Assembly: GCA_000934665.2 (NCBI GenBank) | Contig: KZ538362.1 | Location: forward strand, 1 to 64,000 | From: Catajapyx aquilonaris | Taxonomy: Eukaryota | Length of the DNA: 64,000 nt | Direction of reading: 5' to 3' | Shown: positions 52,725-63,816 of the stretch, piece after piece | Numbering within the stretch: the stretch's first letter is position 1 | How the letters are laid out: every line of letters starts with the position of its first letter | Program-made: the position numbers and the translations under genes | The notes under the pieces: generated by a model | Database searches by the model: none | The model's input: only the letters and a program-made list of their open reading frames with translations | What the model was told of the DNA's origin: nothing

Positions 52725-53102
52725 TAGGGCTGTGCGATATTTCGATACATCGACTGTCGATACAATATTGTCCTTATATCGAAGTTGCGATATCCGACGC
52801 TTGGCATGTTCGATGTATGGAATATCGTGATTTTTCGATGTCGGTTCGATGTCGGCTTGCGATATTTTTCGATGTCGGTTTTCGATATTTTTCGATATGG
52901 GTTTGCGATATTGTTCGATGTTGGTTTGCGATATTTTTCGATATGGGTTTGCGATATTGTTCGATGTCGGTTTGCGATATTTTTCGATGTCGGTTCGCGA
53001 TATTTTTCGATGTCGGTTTGCGCTGTCGGTTTTCCGATTTTCAATGCGATATTTTTTGAGTATCGAAAGTCGATATGCAATTTCCGATATCCCACTGCCC
53101 TA
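52725..53102 (+). mobile_element. hAT-type MITE family A, 378-bp copy
   Basis: TAGGGCTGTGCGATAT...TGCCCTA; perfect 8-bp TSD CATATTGT. Confidence 0.92.
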
Positions 53103-53778
53103 CATATTGTAGATAGGTATTTACAACACAAACTCCCATAGTTTCTTCTTAATATCAGATTATACAACTGGACCAATCATGTCAGGAACAACAGTTTCAC
53201 ACTATAGTTCAGTATTCCCCCGCCAGAGCGTCTATAGTGCTAATCTCCAATCCCTGCATCCCTTCTCTTATCTCAAGACATACGAAACACCCGCCATGAA
53301 AAGTATGAGATAAGCCAAATGCCATTTTCAAAAATATGGAAAAAAAACTGCCTTGTCAAAATTTGCATTTTATCACCCCCTTCCTGATAAAAACCTTTTT
53401 TTTGGGGGGGGGGGGGGCNCCTTTCGATCTGTTCTTTCCTCGGACACAATGGAAGGGAGAATTCCCCCTCCCTAAAAAAAAGTGGGGAGTGGATAGGGGG
53501 GGGGGGGGGGGTCAAACGAAATGGCTGGCGAAGACTCTAATTGCATACCTTCAATGGAAGTCAGCCAATCCTCGACACTGTTAGAGCGAAAAAAGTAGAA
53601 ATATATGCGGATAAGATAGATGGGGTTAGGCAGAGAGGTAGTTGGCCTTTTGTTCCCGATTCTAAAAGATTCCTAGAGACGACGGAACAAGGAATGGTGG
53701 AGTGGTCCAAGAAAATTTTGGAACGAGGAACGAAAGTTATGGAGGACGAATGATTTGTGGGGTTTTTGGGTGTGTTTT

Positions 53779-53826
53779 GGCAGTTGGGCAGTTGGGCCGG
53801 CGCGCCGGCCCAACTGCCCAACTGCC
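53779..53826. repeat. Perfect 48-bp palindrome
   Basis: GGCAGTTGGGCAGTTGGGCCGGCG|CGCCGGCCCAACTGCCCAACTGCC. Confidence 0.95.
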
Positions 53827-53856
53827 TACTGCCAACTGCCAACTGCCAACTGCCAA

Positions 53857-54103
53857 CTAGAGGCGAGCGTTCGCCTCTAGTCCCAGAGCAGTGGGTTCGA
53901 ACCCGGCCGAGGTCGGTGACTTTTCTCCGGGCGGTAGAAAAGTGAGAGTGCGCCTTTCTTCGGAGGGGAAGTACAGCCGTCGGTCCCGTGTGCTTGTGAC
54001 ATTGCGTGAGTGCACGTTCAAGATCCCCAGAGTGGCCAAATTTCCAGGAGGACCACCCCCTGGCGTCGGTGCAGAAATAGGCCGACGTTAAGCCCCCACT
54101 AAA
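53857..54103 (+). mobile_element. tRNA-derived SINE family 2 (Nin-domain/Ruka-like by recall)
   Basis: B box GGTTCGAACCC at 53894; core CTTCGGAGGGGAAGTACAGCCGTCGGTCCCGTGTG...GCACGTTCAAGATCCCC; 3' GACGTTAAGCCCC. Confidence 0.75.
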
Positions 54104-54198
54104 GTTGGGCAGTTGGGCAAACTGACAGGGTAACGACGAACATTGTTTGGTGCTACCCTGTTGGTAGTTACCCTGTAGTTACCCGACTTAGGAGTATG

Positions 54199-54503
54199 AA
54201 AAACCTTGCCATTATGTCAGTCCGGATATAGTAGACCTTTTTACGGGTACACTTCGGATGTAGTAGACCAGAGTCCCACGCCAGATGATCCCTGACGTTA
54301 TTTTAATGATATTCACGTCAATTTGACGTTAAGAAGTGTAACGACTATTGTACCGTTGAGACGATAGTTTGACGTGAAATTGACGTTAAAAGTCGTTAAA
54401 ATAACGTCAGTGATCATCTGGAGTGGGACTCTGGTCTACTATATCCGACGTGTGCCCGTAAAAAGGTCTACTATATCCGGACAGGCATAAGGGCAAGGTT
54501 TTC
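54199..54503. mobile_element. MITE with ~130-bp TIRs
   Basis: AAAACCTTGCC...TCCGGATATAGTAGACCTTTTTACGGG mirrored by CCCGTAAAAAGGTCTACTATATCCGGA...GGCAAGGTTTT. Confidence 0.9.
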
Positions 54504-54519
54504 CAAGGTTGTAGTTACC

Positions 54520-55130
54520 CAGCTTGTAACATCAAACAGGGTAACTTCACACATGATAACTACACACAGGATAACTACAAACATCAGGGTAACTACTTAC
54601 ACTGGGTAACTGTGTCAGAGTTACGGCGACCCGACCATAAAGGCCCCGCGCCAAACACTGGGTAACTATACAAACAGGGTAACGACAAACATGGTAACTT
54701 CATCAGGGTAATGCCAAGCGGTGTAATGCCAAACAGGGTAATGCCAAACAGGGTAATGCCAAACAGGGTAACTGCACACAGTGAAACGACAAGCAGGTTA
54801 ACGCCAAACAGGGTGATGCCAAACAGGGCAACTACATCAGGGTAACGCCAAGCGGGGTAATGCCAAACAGGGTAATGCCAAACAGGGTAATGCCAAACAG
54901 GGTAACTGCACACAGTGCAACGACAATCAGGTTAACGCCAAACAGGGTGATGCCAAACAGGGCAACTACATCAGGGTAACGCCAAGCGGGGTGATGCCAA
55001 GCGGTGTAATGCCAAACAGGGTAATGCTAAACAGGTAACTGCATACAGTCCAACGACAAGCAGGTTAACGGCAAACAGGGTGATGCCAAACAGGGCAACT
55101 ACAAACAGGGTAACAGCAAACAGAACAACG
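54520..55130. repeat. ~17-bp minisatellite (CAAACAGGGTAATGC-type)
   Basis: Direct reading. Confidence 0.9.
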
Positions 55131-55984
55131 ACAAACTTGGCAAACTTGTCAAACTTGGCAAGCTCCAGTTGTAGTTTATCTATTATTGTTCTGGATTGTC
55201 ACAATGATTTGAAATTTACTTCCTGTATTTTTCATTATTGCTGATTGTTAACCAAACAGCAACAGTGAACCATTGATGCACCAGCCTTAAGAGCGATTCA
55301 CGCAACAATCGCTATTGACACACTGTATGGTGGGATATCAGCTTCATGATGCAATAATACCGACCATCCAAACCGGGCATTGTTGTCGCTTTGTTTCTAG
55401 GTCAAGTATAGGGCTTATGTGTGCACAATATTACATGGTAGGGCTTGTAACAGTGTGTTTAAACACACTGCTCGGTTTGAGTTCAAACAGCGCAATAATT
55501 GAGCGAAAGTGGTCCGTAATGGCTATATTAAACTGTTTAATTGTTGTCTGACACTGACCAAATTTTGAAATCTGGATAATCCGGGTAGGCATTACCAGGG
55601 GTAAGCCTATTGTCCGATGATTTACTAGGGGGACTAAGGCCATTTCCACCAGCTCGGATTAAGCCTGATTTTCGATTTAGGACTGCAGTTTTGACATGCT
55701 CCAAGTCAGGTTTCAATTCAGCGGCTTAATCTATGCAGGGGTGTAAAATTGAAACCACTGTTGATAAAAAGGGATCGTCGGAAATAGTCTCAGTACGTAT
55801 ATAGCTGACGTAAAAGTCGACAATTTAGAGGTCAAACTAAGAAAATTGTTATGGTCATTGTTGGCAACAATCAACAAAACGATGGTTTGGACGAAACCGT
55901 TTGACCAGCATTGTTATGTGAGCATACAAAAAACGTGAATTAAGTGTCGATTGACAAGGACGATTTTTTAAAACTTCATTTATG

Positions 55985-56400
55985 TATTTTACCCCGTGAT
56001 AGGCCTACATAGGCCCTGTTGGGGGGTGGTACACCACCATCGATTTTGTCGTACTATTTTTCTTTCCTCCTGTGCAAAGGGACAAGAGAGGGATAATGGG
56101 GGGGGGGGGGACACTGGTGCAGGTGCAATGTCTCAAGTTGGGGGTCAGGTTGCAAGACAACACCCTAGGTGCGGGTCAGACACCCCCACCGACCCCGCAC
56201 CTCCTCATGGATGGGACAAGGATAGGAAAGGAAGGAATCGGCTGTGGCCTATTATTCAGGAAGCAACTCCGGAATTCTCCTGGGTGGACTGTGGGAAACC
56301 ACAAAAAACCACGGTTAGGAGTGCCGGCCCCGGGACTCGAACCCAGGACCTCCCGATTAGCAGTCGGATACCATATCCACTCCACCACTACTGCTTCGGT
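55985..56400 (-). mobile_element. tRNA-derived SINE family 1, near full length
   Basis: Minus strand: A box TGGTGGAGTGG, anticodon-like loop CTGCTAA, B box GGTTCGAGTCCC, shared body, 3' TATCACGGGGTAAAAA. Confidence 0.92.
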
Positions 56401-56419
56401 CATTGGATGGATTTCAACA

Positions 56420-56965
56420 TACATAAGATAATGCGGACGAAATTTCGAAGTACGAAATGTATTTGGGCGAACTTTCAACTGACATAATATAATTATGTGA
56501 ACGAACTTTCAACCGACAAAATATATGTCAACGAAATTTCAACAGACAAAATATATGTCAACGAAATTTCAACAGACAAAATATACTGAATGTGGACGAA
56601 ACCTTCAACATACAAAATATATGTAGACGATATTTTAACGGACAAAACATGTGGACGCAACTTTAGCGTACGTACGATATATATCCGGACAAAATTTAAA
56701 CAGACGAAACATATTTGGACGATATTTCAGCGAACAAGGCGTTTGTTGACGAAATTTCAACGAACAAAACATATATGGACGAAACTTCAACGGACGAATT
56801 ATATTAGGACGAAACTTCAACGGACGAATTATATTAGGACGAAACTTCAACGGACGAATTATATTAGGACGAAACTTCAACGGACGAATTATATTAGGAC
56901 GAAACTTCAACGGACGAATTATATTAGGACGAAACTTCAATGTTTGGACGAAATGTGGACAAAAT
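56420..56965 (-). repeat. GGACGAAA array with a perfect 30-bp repeat at ~56777-56940
   Basis: GGACGAAACTTCAACGGACGAATTATATTA about 5 times. Confidence 0.95.
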
Positions 56966-57544
56966 TTGAACCAAAAAATCATCTCTCCCACACCACCCTG
57001 GACATCATCCTCCACCATTGTTGACACCCCCCAATGTGAACCATCACAAAACCCGTTCTGTCATCAGACCTTAGCAAGAACCGGTCGGGGTTTTTGTCAG
57101 TTGGAGGGGCAGGCGGGGGAGATGGAAAGGGAGGAGGGGGAGCACCACAATCGGGTCCCGAAACCTCCCGGGGTTTCACGCAACTTGCACTCTTCCTCTG
57201 TGGTAATGACTCTAAATGGCAGTGGTTGGCACGCTTGGTTCCCCCAATGAAAATGCAATGAGGTGGGAGGGAAGGGTGGATGTAGGGTAGGGAGCAGAGG
57301 GGGGAAAGGATTGTCCCCCTCCCCCTGGTGTTGTTTCCGCCCAGCAAGAGTCGTCTCTTCACAATGACCGAAAAGCACAGGCGTTAAACTTTTATTTTCA
57401 CTGGCTGCATTCCGGCGGTCCTTGCGACTCACAAATTATTCATAGCGGTGGTGTTCGCCCAATTAAAGATATCTGCAACAATAGGAGGTGGGGTCATGTT
57501 TAGGTTAGGCGCGGTTGACCTGGTCTCGGGGAAGTTTTTGTAAA

Positions 57545-58390
57545 AAGTGACGTAGTCTGAATTCTGAAACGGTATTGGGTAGGTCAGACTAGGCTTATAG
57601 CATAACATAAAACTAAAATTTTAATAAATAAATAAATAGGGAACAAAAGAAAAAAACAGTTTGTCCGTTAGGCGAGATTAACGGTTTTTCCTAAGCTCAT
57701 GGGACGGGTGACGTAGATTCATTTCTGAAACGGTATTAGCTAGGTCAGACTAGGCTCAAAGTATAACATTAAACTAATATTTTAATAAACAAAGAAATAG
57801 GGAATAAAAGAAAAAACCCGTTTGTCCGTTTGGCGAGATTAACGGTTTTTCCTAACCGTTAATCTCGCCAAACGGACAAACTGTTTTTACGGACAGACGG
57901 TTCATGAGACGGGTGACGTAGATTGGTTTCTGAGACGGTATTAGCTAGGTCAGACTAGGCTTAAAGTATAACATAAAACTAAAATTTTAACAAATAAAGA
58001 ATTAGAAAACAAAAGAAAAATTATTTGCACTTTTGTGTCACCACATGGTGCTGACGAGTTCAACCGTTTTTTATAAGTAGGGTGACGTAGGGTAGACTTA
58101 ATTCTGAAACGGGATTCGTCAGGTCAGACGCATTTCAAAGTATAACATAAAATAAAAATTAAATTAATAAAGAATTAGGAAACAAAAGAAAAATAATCAC
58201 TTTTGTGTCACAACATGGCGCTGGAAAGTTTAACGGCTTTTTCTAGGTTCATGGGACTAGTGAAGTCGACTGAAATTCTGAAACAAGTCAGACTTAACTC
58301 AAAGTATAACATAAACCAAAAATTTCAATAAATAGTAACTATAGAAAATATAAGAAAAATTCAGAACTTTTTACAACCACATGGCGCTGG
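57545..58390. repeat. ~160-200 bp tandem units
   Basis: GTGACGTAG...TTCTGAAACGG...AGGTCAGACT...AAAGTATAACATAAAA about 5 times. Confidence 0.9.
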
Positions 58391-58759
58391 GGAATCGCTT
58401 TTCCTAAGTGCATGGCTCCAATAATGCGTAAATTCATTGTTGGTTCAACGTTGTCTCTGAATGATTCAATGGACTGGGTTAAAGTCCTTAAATGGTCCTG
58501 TGAGATTTTAAAAATGCATTTCTGATTGGCCCATGTCCAGTGTGGGGGGAAGCCCAGCTCCATTTTGGAAATTAGCCTAATATTGAAACGTATGGACTGG
58601 ACTGGGGTGATTGCTGTCCCGATTCAATTGGTGGGGATCATTTCATTATTGGACTAAAGCTAGGTGTCCATTGCGCAGGAATTGTTGTGAAAAATGTGCC
58701 CATCTGGCTCATGAGTTTGGTTAGGTCCGTGCAATGATCAGGAGATTGTACTAGAGGTG

Positions 58760-59635
58760 CGTTCTACTCATAAGGAGATTTTATCGAAGATTCCTTCTAC
58801 CCATAATATCATACTGAAGATTCTACTCATACGATGATTCTACTTATGCGAAGATTCTACTTATCCAAAGATTCTGCTTATGCGAAGATTCTACTTATCC
58901 AAAGATTCTGCTTATGCGAAGATTCTACTTATCCAAAGATTCTGCTTATGTGAAGATTCTACTTATCCAAAGATTCTGCTTATACGAAGATTCTACTCAG
59001 GAGGAGATTATACCGAATATTCTACTTATAAGAATATTCTACCGAAGGTTCCTTCTGCCCATAATAAGATTATACTGAAGATTCTACTTATACGAAGAGT
59101 CTACCGAAGACTCCTTCTGCCGCCTTCTGCCCATAATACGATTATACTGAAGATTCTACTCACACGAAGGTTCTATTCATAAGGAGATTATGTCGTAGAT
59201 TCTACTCCTAAGAAGAGTATACTCTTAAGGAAACTATAGGCCCTACCAAAGATTCTACTCATAATGAAACTATACCAAAGATTCTACTCATAAGGATACT
59301 ATACCAAAGATTCTACTCATAAGGAAACTACTGGTATACCAAAGATTCTACTCGTAAGGAAACTATATACCAAAGATTCTACTCATAAGGAAACTATATA
59401 CCAAAGATTCAACTCAAACGAAGAGTCTACTCATAAGGAAACTATATACCAAAGATTCTACTCAAACGAAGAGTCTACTCATAAGGAAACTGCATACCAA
59501 AGATTCTACTCAAACGAAGAGTCTACTCACAAGGAAACTATATACCAAAGATTCTACTCAAACTAAGAGTCTACTCATAAGGAGAATTTATTGTACCAAA
59601 GATTCTATTCATAAGGAGATTATACCGAAGATGCG
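58760..59635. repeat. AAGATTCTACT minisatellite (~19-30 bp units)
   Basis: Direct reading. Confidence 0.95.
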
Positions 59636-60868
59636 TCCTACTTACGAAAAGAGTGTAATACGACTCCCCATGTCACTTTCCATCTAGACTATGACAAAAC
59701 GCAGCTTCTTTTGGGCCCATCTGTAAGCCATGTTCGCAAATTAGTCATCACTCTCAAGCTTGCAAGATAAGAAACTAGGCGAATCCGCGTCAGCAAAGCA
59801 GAGCGGAAAGAAAATATCGCTGGAGCCATATCATATCCGCAGTAAGTCTAGCAAAAAAGGGGTGGAGCCAAGTTTACAATAAAAAAAACGCAGCGAGCGC
59901 AAAAAAAAAAAAATCTGCAGTAAGAAGCTGGCATATCAATCTCAAGCATGTTGGGTCCTGCTCTGGGATTCCAGGAAGGTAAAACCAGAAGGCGGGAATA
60001 AATCTGGATTTTTGGACGTTGTCAGATTGTTGCGAAATAAACACATGACAATGAAAGAAAGCTACAGAGTTACTTAGTCTGATGACTTGGAGAGTCTTCA
60101 AGCAATTTGCTTAAAACTGAGTTTTTTTTTGTATGTGGAAAAATGTAATAATTTGTCAAAAAAAAATACAATTTACATATAACATAGTGGAATGTGTGTA
60201 AGTGCAACGATACATGGAGTCATTTTCATAGGGGGGGGGGGGATAATGTCGAATTTTGAAATCCGATTTTGGGATGTTTCATTTATTCGGTTAGCTGAGC
60301 TCTCTTGTAAAGCCTGCTTTTGTCTGGATGAATAAAACCGATGGGAATTTGACCTACTGGTTATTATTTTTGGTTATTTTATGTATTCAAATAGAATTTT
60401 TAATGCGTAGAAATTACGAAATCACAAAAAAAATTAGCAAATTCAGCGAAACTTTAAATATCAAAATTTAAATATTCATTTTGCAGGAAATTGGTATTTA
60501 AAATTTGTCAAATTTTTGTTTTTATGGTTATTGTGATTTTTGTTGAAAATATTAAACTTGTGCAAAAAATTGAAATAAAAAATTTCAAACATTGATGTTG
60601 ATAACAATTAAGGCAAATTAAAATAGTGGAAGACAACAATGTGATAGTTTACATGTAATTTATTGTTGCATAATTATTCACAACTTTCTTTGTGATTGGT
60701 AAGTTAAGGCGAACTCAGGGCGAACTTCTAGGAATAGTTCTATTATGTCACTTATCCCAGTTCGACTACTCTAGTTCTACTATTACTCACATTTGTTCTT
60801 CCCCACCTTATTTCCACTCAATGTACTCAAAAAAAATAACTCAATCTGAGCAAATATTTCTCAAAATT

Positions 60869-61117
60869 ACCGAAGTAGGTTGGTGTAAAGAGCGCGCCTG
60901 CTAATCGGGAGGTCCTGGGTTCGAATCCCGGGGCCGGCGACCCTGACTATGGTTTTCTGTGGTTTTCCATGGTTCCCCCCAGGACAATTCCGGGGTCGTT
61001 TCCGTAAAAATAGGCCACAGCCTCTTCCATCCCTCCCTATCCCTGGTCCCATTCAATGGTGGTAATCCACCCCCCTAAGGGAGCCAAAGGCTCTATCACG
61101 GGGTACGATAAATAAAT
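60869..61117 (+). mobile_element. tRNA-derived SINE family 1, shorter variant
   Basis: ACCGAAG start, CTGCTAATCGGGAGGTCCTGGGTTCGAATCCCGGGGCCGGC, shared body, 3' TATCACGGGGTA. Confidence 0.9.
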
Positions 61118-61439
61118 GAATTTTAAAAAAACTCTCAGTTATTTCAATTTGAGTTGAGGTGTAACTGACATGTGTCTCAAATTTCATCAATTTTGTCAAA
61201 ATGGAGGAATTGAAGTCAAATGAACAATCATTACATGGAAGTATGTAATTAAACTCAAATATGATCCATTTACACGACTTTCTATTTGAGTTCATTTTAA
61301 TTATATTTAAATCGAACGTGTTTACTATTTAACGTACAGTATCTCAAAAGGCATCAGGATGATTTTCACCTGATTTTCACTCATCAGAGAGCCAATACTC
61401 AAATTGAGTGAAATAATACACATTTCAGAGTTAAGTACA

Positions 61440-61760
61440 ACCAATTTATTCATTCATTCACTCATTAATTGGCTGGACTTAAGTTTAGAGTGTGTTTGGA
61501 ATTGACTTCCGGAGGAGGGCTCGGACCATTCATATTTCACTCAATTTGAGTGATGACTGATGAGTCAACATTCATTCCCTCATTCATGAATTTATTGGCT
61601 GGACTTAGGTCTGAAGTGTGGCGTCCGGAAGGGGGCGTGGACTACTCATATTTGAGTATTGACTCAAATCGCTCAAATTGAGTGAAATATGAATAATCCG
61701 CGCCCTCTTCCGGTCGTCACCCCCCAAACAACACTTCAGACTTAAGTCCAACCAATAAAA
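61440..61760. mobile_element. Inverted-repeat element with a duplicated left arm
   Basis: TTTATTGGCTGGACTTAGGTCTGAAGTG (61591) pairs with CACTTCAGACTTAAGTCCAACCAATAAA (ends 61759); an earlier arm copy at ~61468. Confidence 0.65.
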
Positions 61761-62288
61761 CACTCAAATCTGTTCTATTTTACCCCCCCAACCTTTCCAG
61801 AAAATTAATAGCCTGGAGGTTTTAACTCCCAAAAAACCCTGTTTTTTGAAGCAAAAACCTGCAGCTTGTCCTGGGCTTTTGGGTGTGTTGATTTGCAAAT
61901 GAGAAGGGCGTTTCCCTAGCTGAATTTCTGGCGGTGGTTTGCAAAGCGTTAAGCCGTGGAGGGAACCCCCCCTCACGTGCGCCCCCTGAGGATTAGTCGC
62001 CCCCTACCCTCTCTACCCCAAAGCTCTACCCTCTCAACCCCAGTCACTGCACTATTCTACTGGAAATCTCAGAATGGAACACTCTTTGCCAAACTACTTT
62101 TTTTTGGCAAAAGAAAGTTTCTGTGGGGGGGGGGGTGAAATCTAAACAAAGAGACAAGTAGTATTGTCCCAAGGAGAAACACCGTAACTCCAAAACTAGT
62201 AAGGGTGAAAGTCGCATGCATGTCCTACACTAATTCCTACTGACTCAGAAGGGATTAGTGCAGGACATGCATGCGATTTTTACCCTTA

Positions 62289-62913
62289 AAGTCTATTCAC
62301 ACTGGCCGTCGAAGGCAGGGCTGGGCGATATTTCGATACATCGACTGTCGATACGATATTTTCCTAATATCGAAGTTGCGATATCAGACGCTTGGCATGG
62401 GCAATGTATCGAATATCGCGATGTCGGTTTTCGATATTTTTCGATGTCGGTTCGATGTCGATTTGCGATATTTTGCGATGTCGGTTCGATGTCGGTTCAA
62501 TGTCGGTTCGATGTCAGTTCGATGTCAGTTCGCGATATTTTTCGGTGTCAGTTCGCGATATTTATCGATGTCGGTTCGATGTCAGTTCGCGATATTTTTC
62601 GATGTCGGTTCGATGTCGGTTCGACGTCGGTTCGATGTCAGTTCGATGTCAGTTCGCGATATTTTTCGATGTCAGTTCGATGTCGGTTCGATGTCGGTTT
62701 TTCGAATTTCGATATATCGACTTCGATTCGATATTTTTAGTATGGAAAGTCGATATGCAATTTCGGATATCGCACAGCCCTAGTCGAAGGTCTTGTCTAC
62801 GGTCGCGTTGACGCCGTCGACCAATCAGAGATGGCCCCGATGGTCTGCTCTGATTGGTCGGCCGCGTCAACGCGACCGTAGACAGACCGTCGACAGCTAG
62901 TGTGAATGGGATT
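62289..62913. mobile_element. PIF/Harbinger (Tourist)-type MITE
   Basis: Ends AAGTCTATTCACACT / AGTGTGAATGGGATT; 3-bp TSD TTA at 62286 and 62914; long internal inverted repeat. Confidence 0.85.
62316..62782 (+). mobile_element. hAT-type MITE family A, 467-bp copy
   Basis: CAGGGCTGGGCGATAT / ATATCGCACAGCCCTA; perfect 8-bp TSD GTCGAAGG. Confidence 0.93.
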
Positions 62914-63506
62914 TTACTAGTTTTGGAATTAGGGTGTTTTTCCTTGGGACTGCAGTAGTTGTGAGAGGCCATTTAAATTTTAGTTCGAGGGTTTCAAGAG
63001 AGATGGAGTTGGAAGATTGTTGACGCAGCAGGTTGTCAGTTATGTCATCATATTGTTCAACACTGATATTAATACAAGGGGTATTGTGTAATGAGTGTGT
63101 AATGGTGGTGTCAATAATTATCTGGCATATTGTGCTGGATGGCCCATAGTGCTCAATGCTTGGGACGGTGAGGAGCGTGGATTATGTGGGGGATGGTCTT
63201 ATGGGAATTTGGGATATCCTGAGATGTCTCATGGATAATATCATAAGAGATCCTTATCAGATATCACGCAGGGATATCCGTACATCATAAAAATTACTGA
63301 GGAATGTTCAACTATTGTGAAAATTTACAGGTATATTTTGGAATATCCATTAGGCACATAGGGATATCTTAATAACCTATCACATTCCTTTGGGATATCC
63401 TAATATCATCAAAACTCTTATGAATATCCATATATCTTAAAATATTCTTTAGGGATACAAGTGTCAGGGGTCAAAAAACGAGTTTTTTTTTGCAAAAGAC
63501 TTGTTT

Positions 63507-63786
63507 TTTGTTGTTGTTTTTGTTTACCCCGTGATAAGGCCCGAGGCCCTCTTGGGGGGGGGGGGGGAGTTCCCAAGGGAGGGCGCCGTGCGGTAGCCAT
63601 TTCTGACATTCTTTAACATCAGGCCTTTTCTCCTGGCCCTGGGCAGAATAGGGAGTGCAATTCTGCCCCGACATGTCGGGTGAAAAGCGGAAAAAGACCC
63701 AAGCAGAGGTGACGGGGACGGGATTTGAACCCCGGCCTCCCGCTTAGCTGGCCAGTAGCATGGCCACTAGACCACCATGCCTCCCC
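63507..63786 (-). mobile_element. tRNA-derived SINE family 3
   Basis: Minus strand: A box TGGTCTAGTGG, B box GGTTCAAATCCC, 3' TATCACGGGGTAAAC plus (CAA)-rich tail; TSD AAAAGACT(T/A)GTTT at 63494 and 63789. Confidence 0.88.
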
Positions 63787-63816
63787 GAAAAAGACTAGTT
63801 TAATTACTATTATATG

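Larger units (their letters stand above)
62164..62952. mobile_element. Outer hairpin MITE (Tc1/mariner-like ends) hosting two nested insertions
   Basis: GTCCCAAGGAGAAACACCGTAACTCCAAAACTAGTAAGGGT pairs with ACCCTTA[insert]CTAGTTTTGGAATTAGGGTGTTTTTCCTTGGGAC. Confidence 0.8.

Noticed and set aside
56320..56400. tRNA-Ser(GCU)-like sequence (also heads at 60869, 63786 and 53857)
   Set aside because: No intact cloverleaf; each continues into a SINE body and tail, some with TSDs.
1650..62140. Islands as an array of alternative exons (Dscam-like) or paralogous small genes
   Set aside because: No shared homology, reading frame or consistent splice signals among islands.
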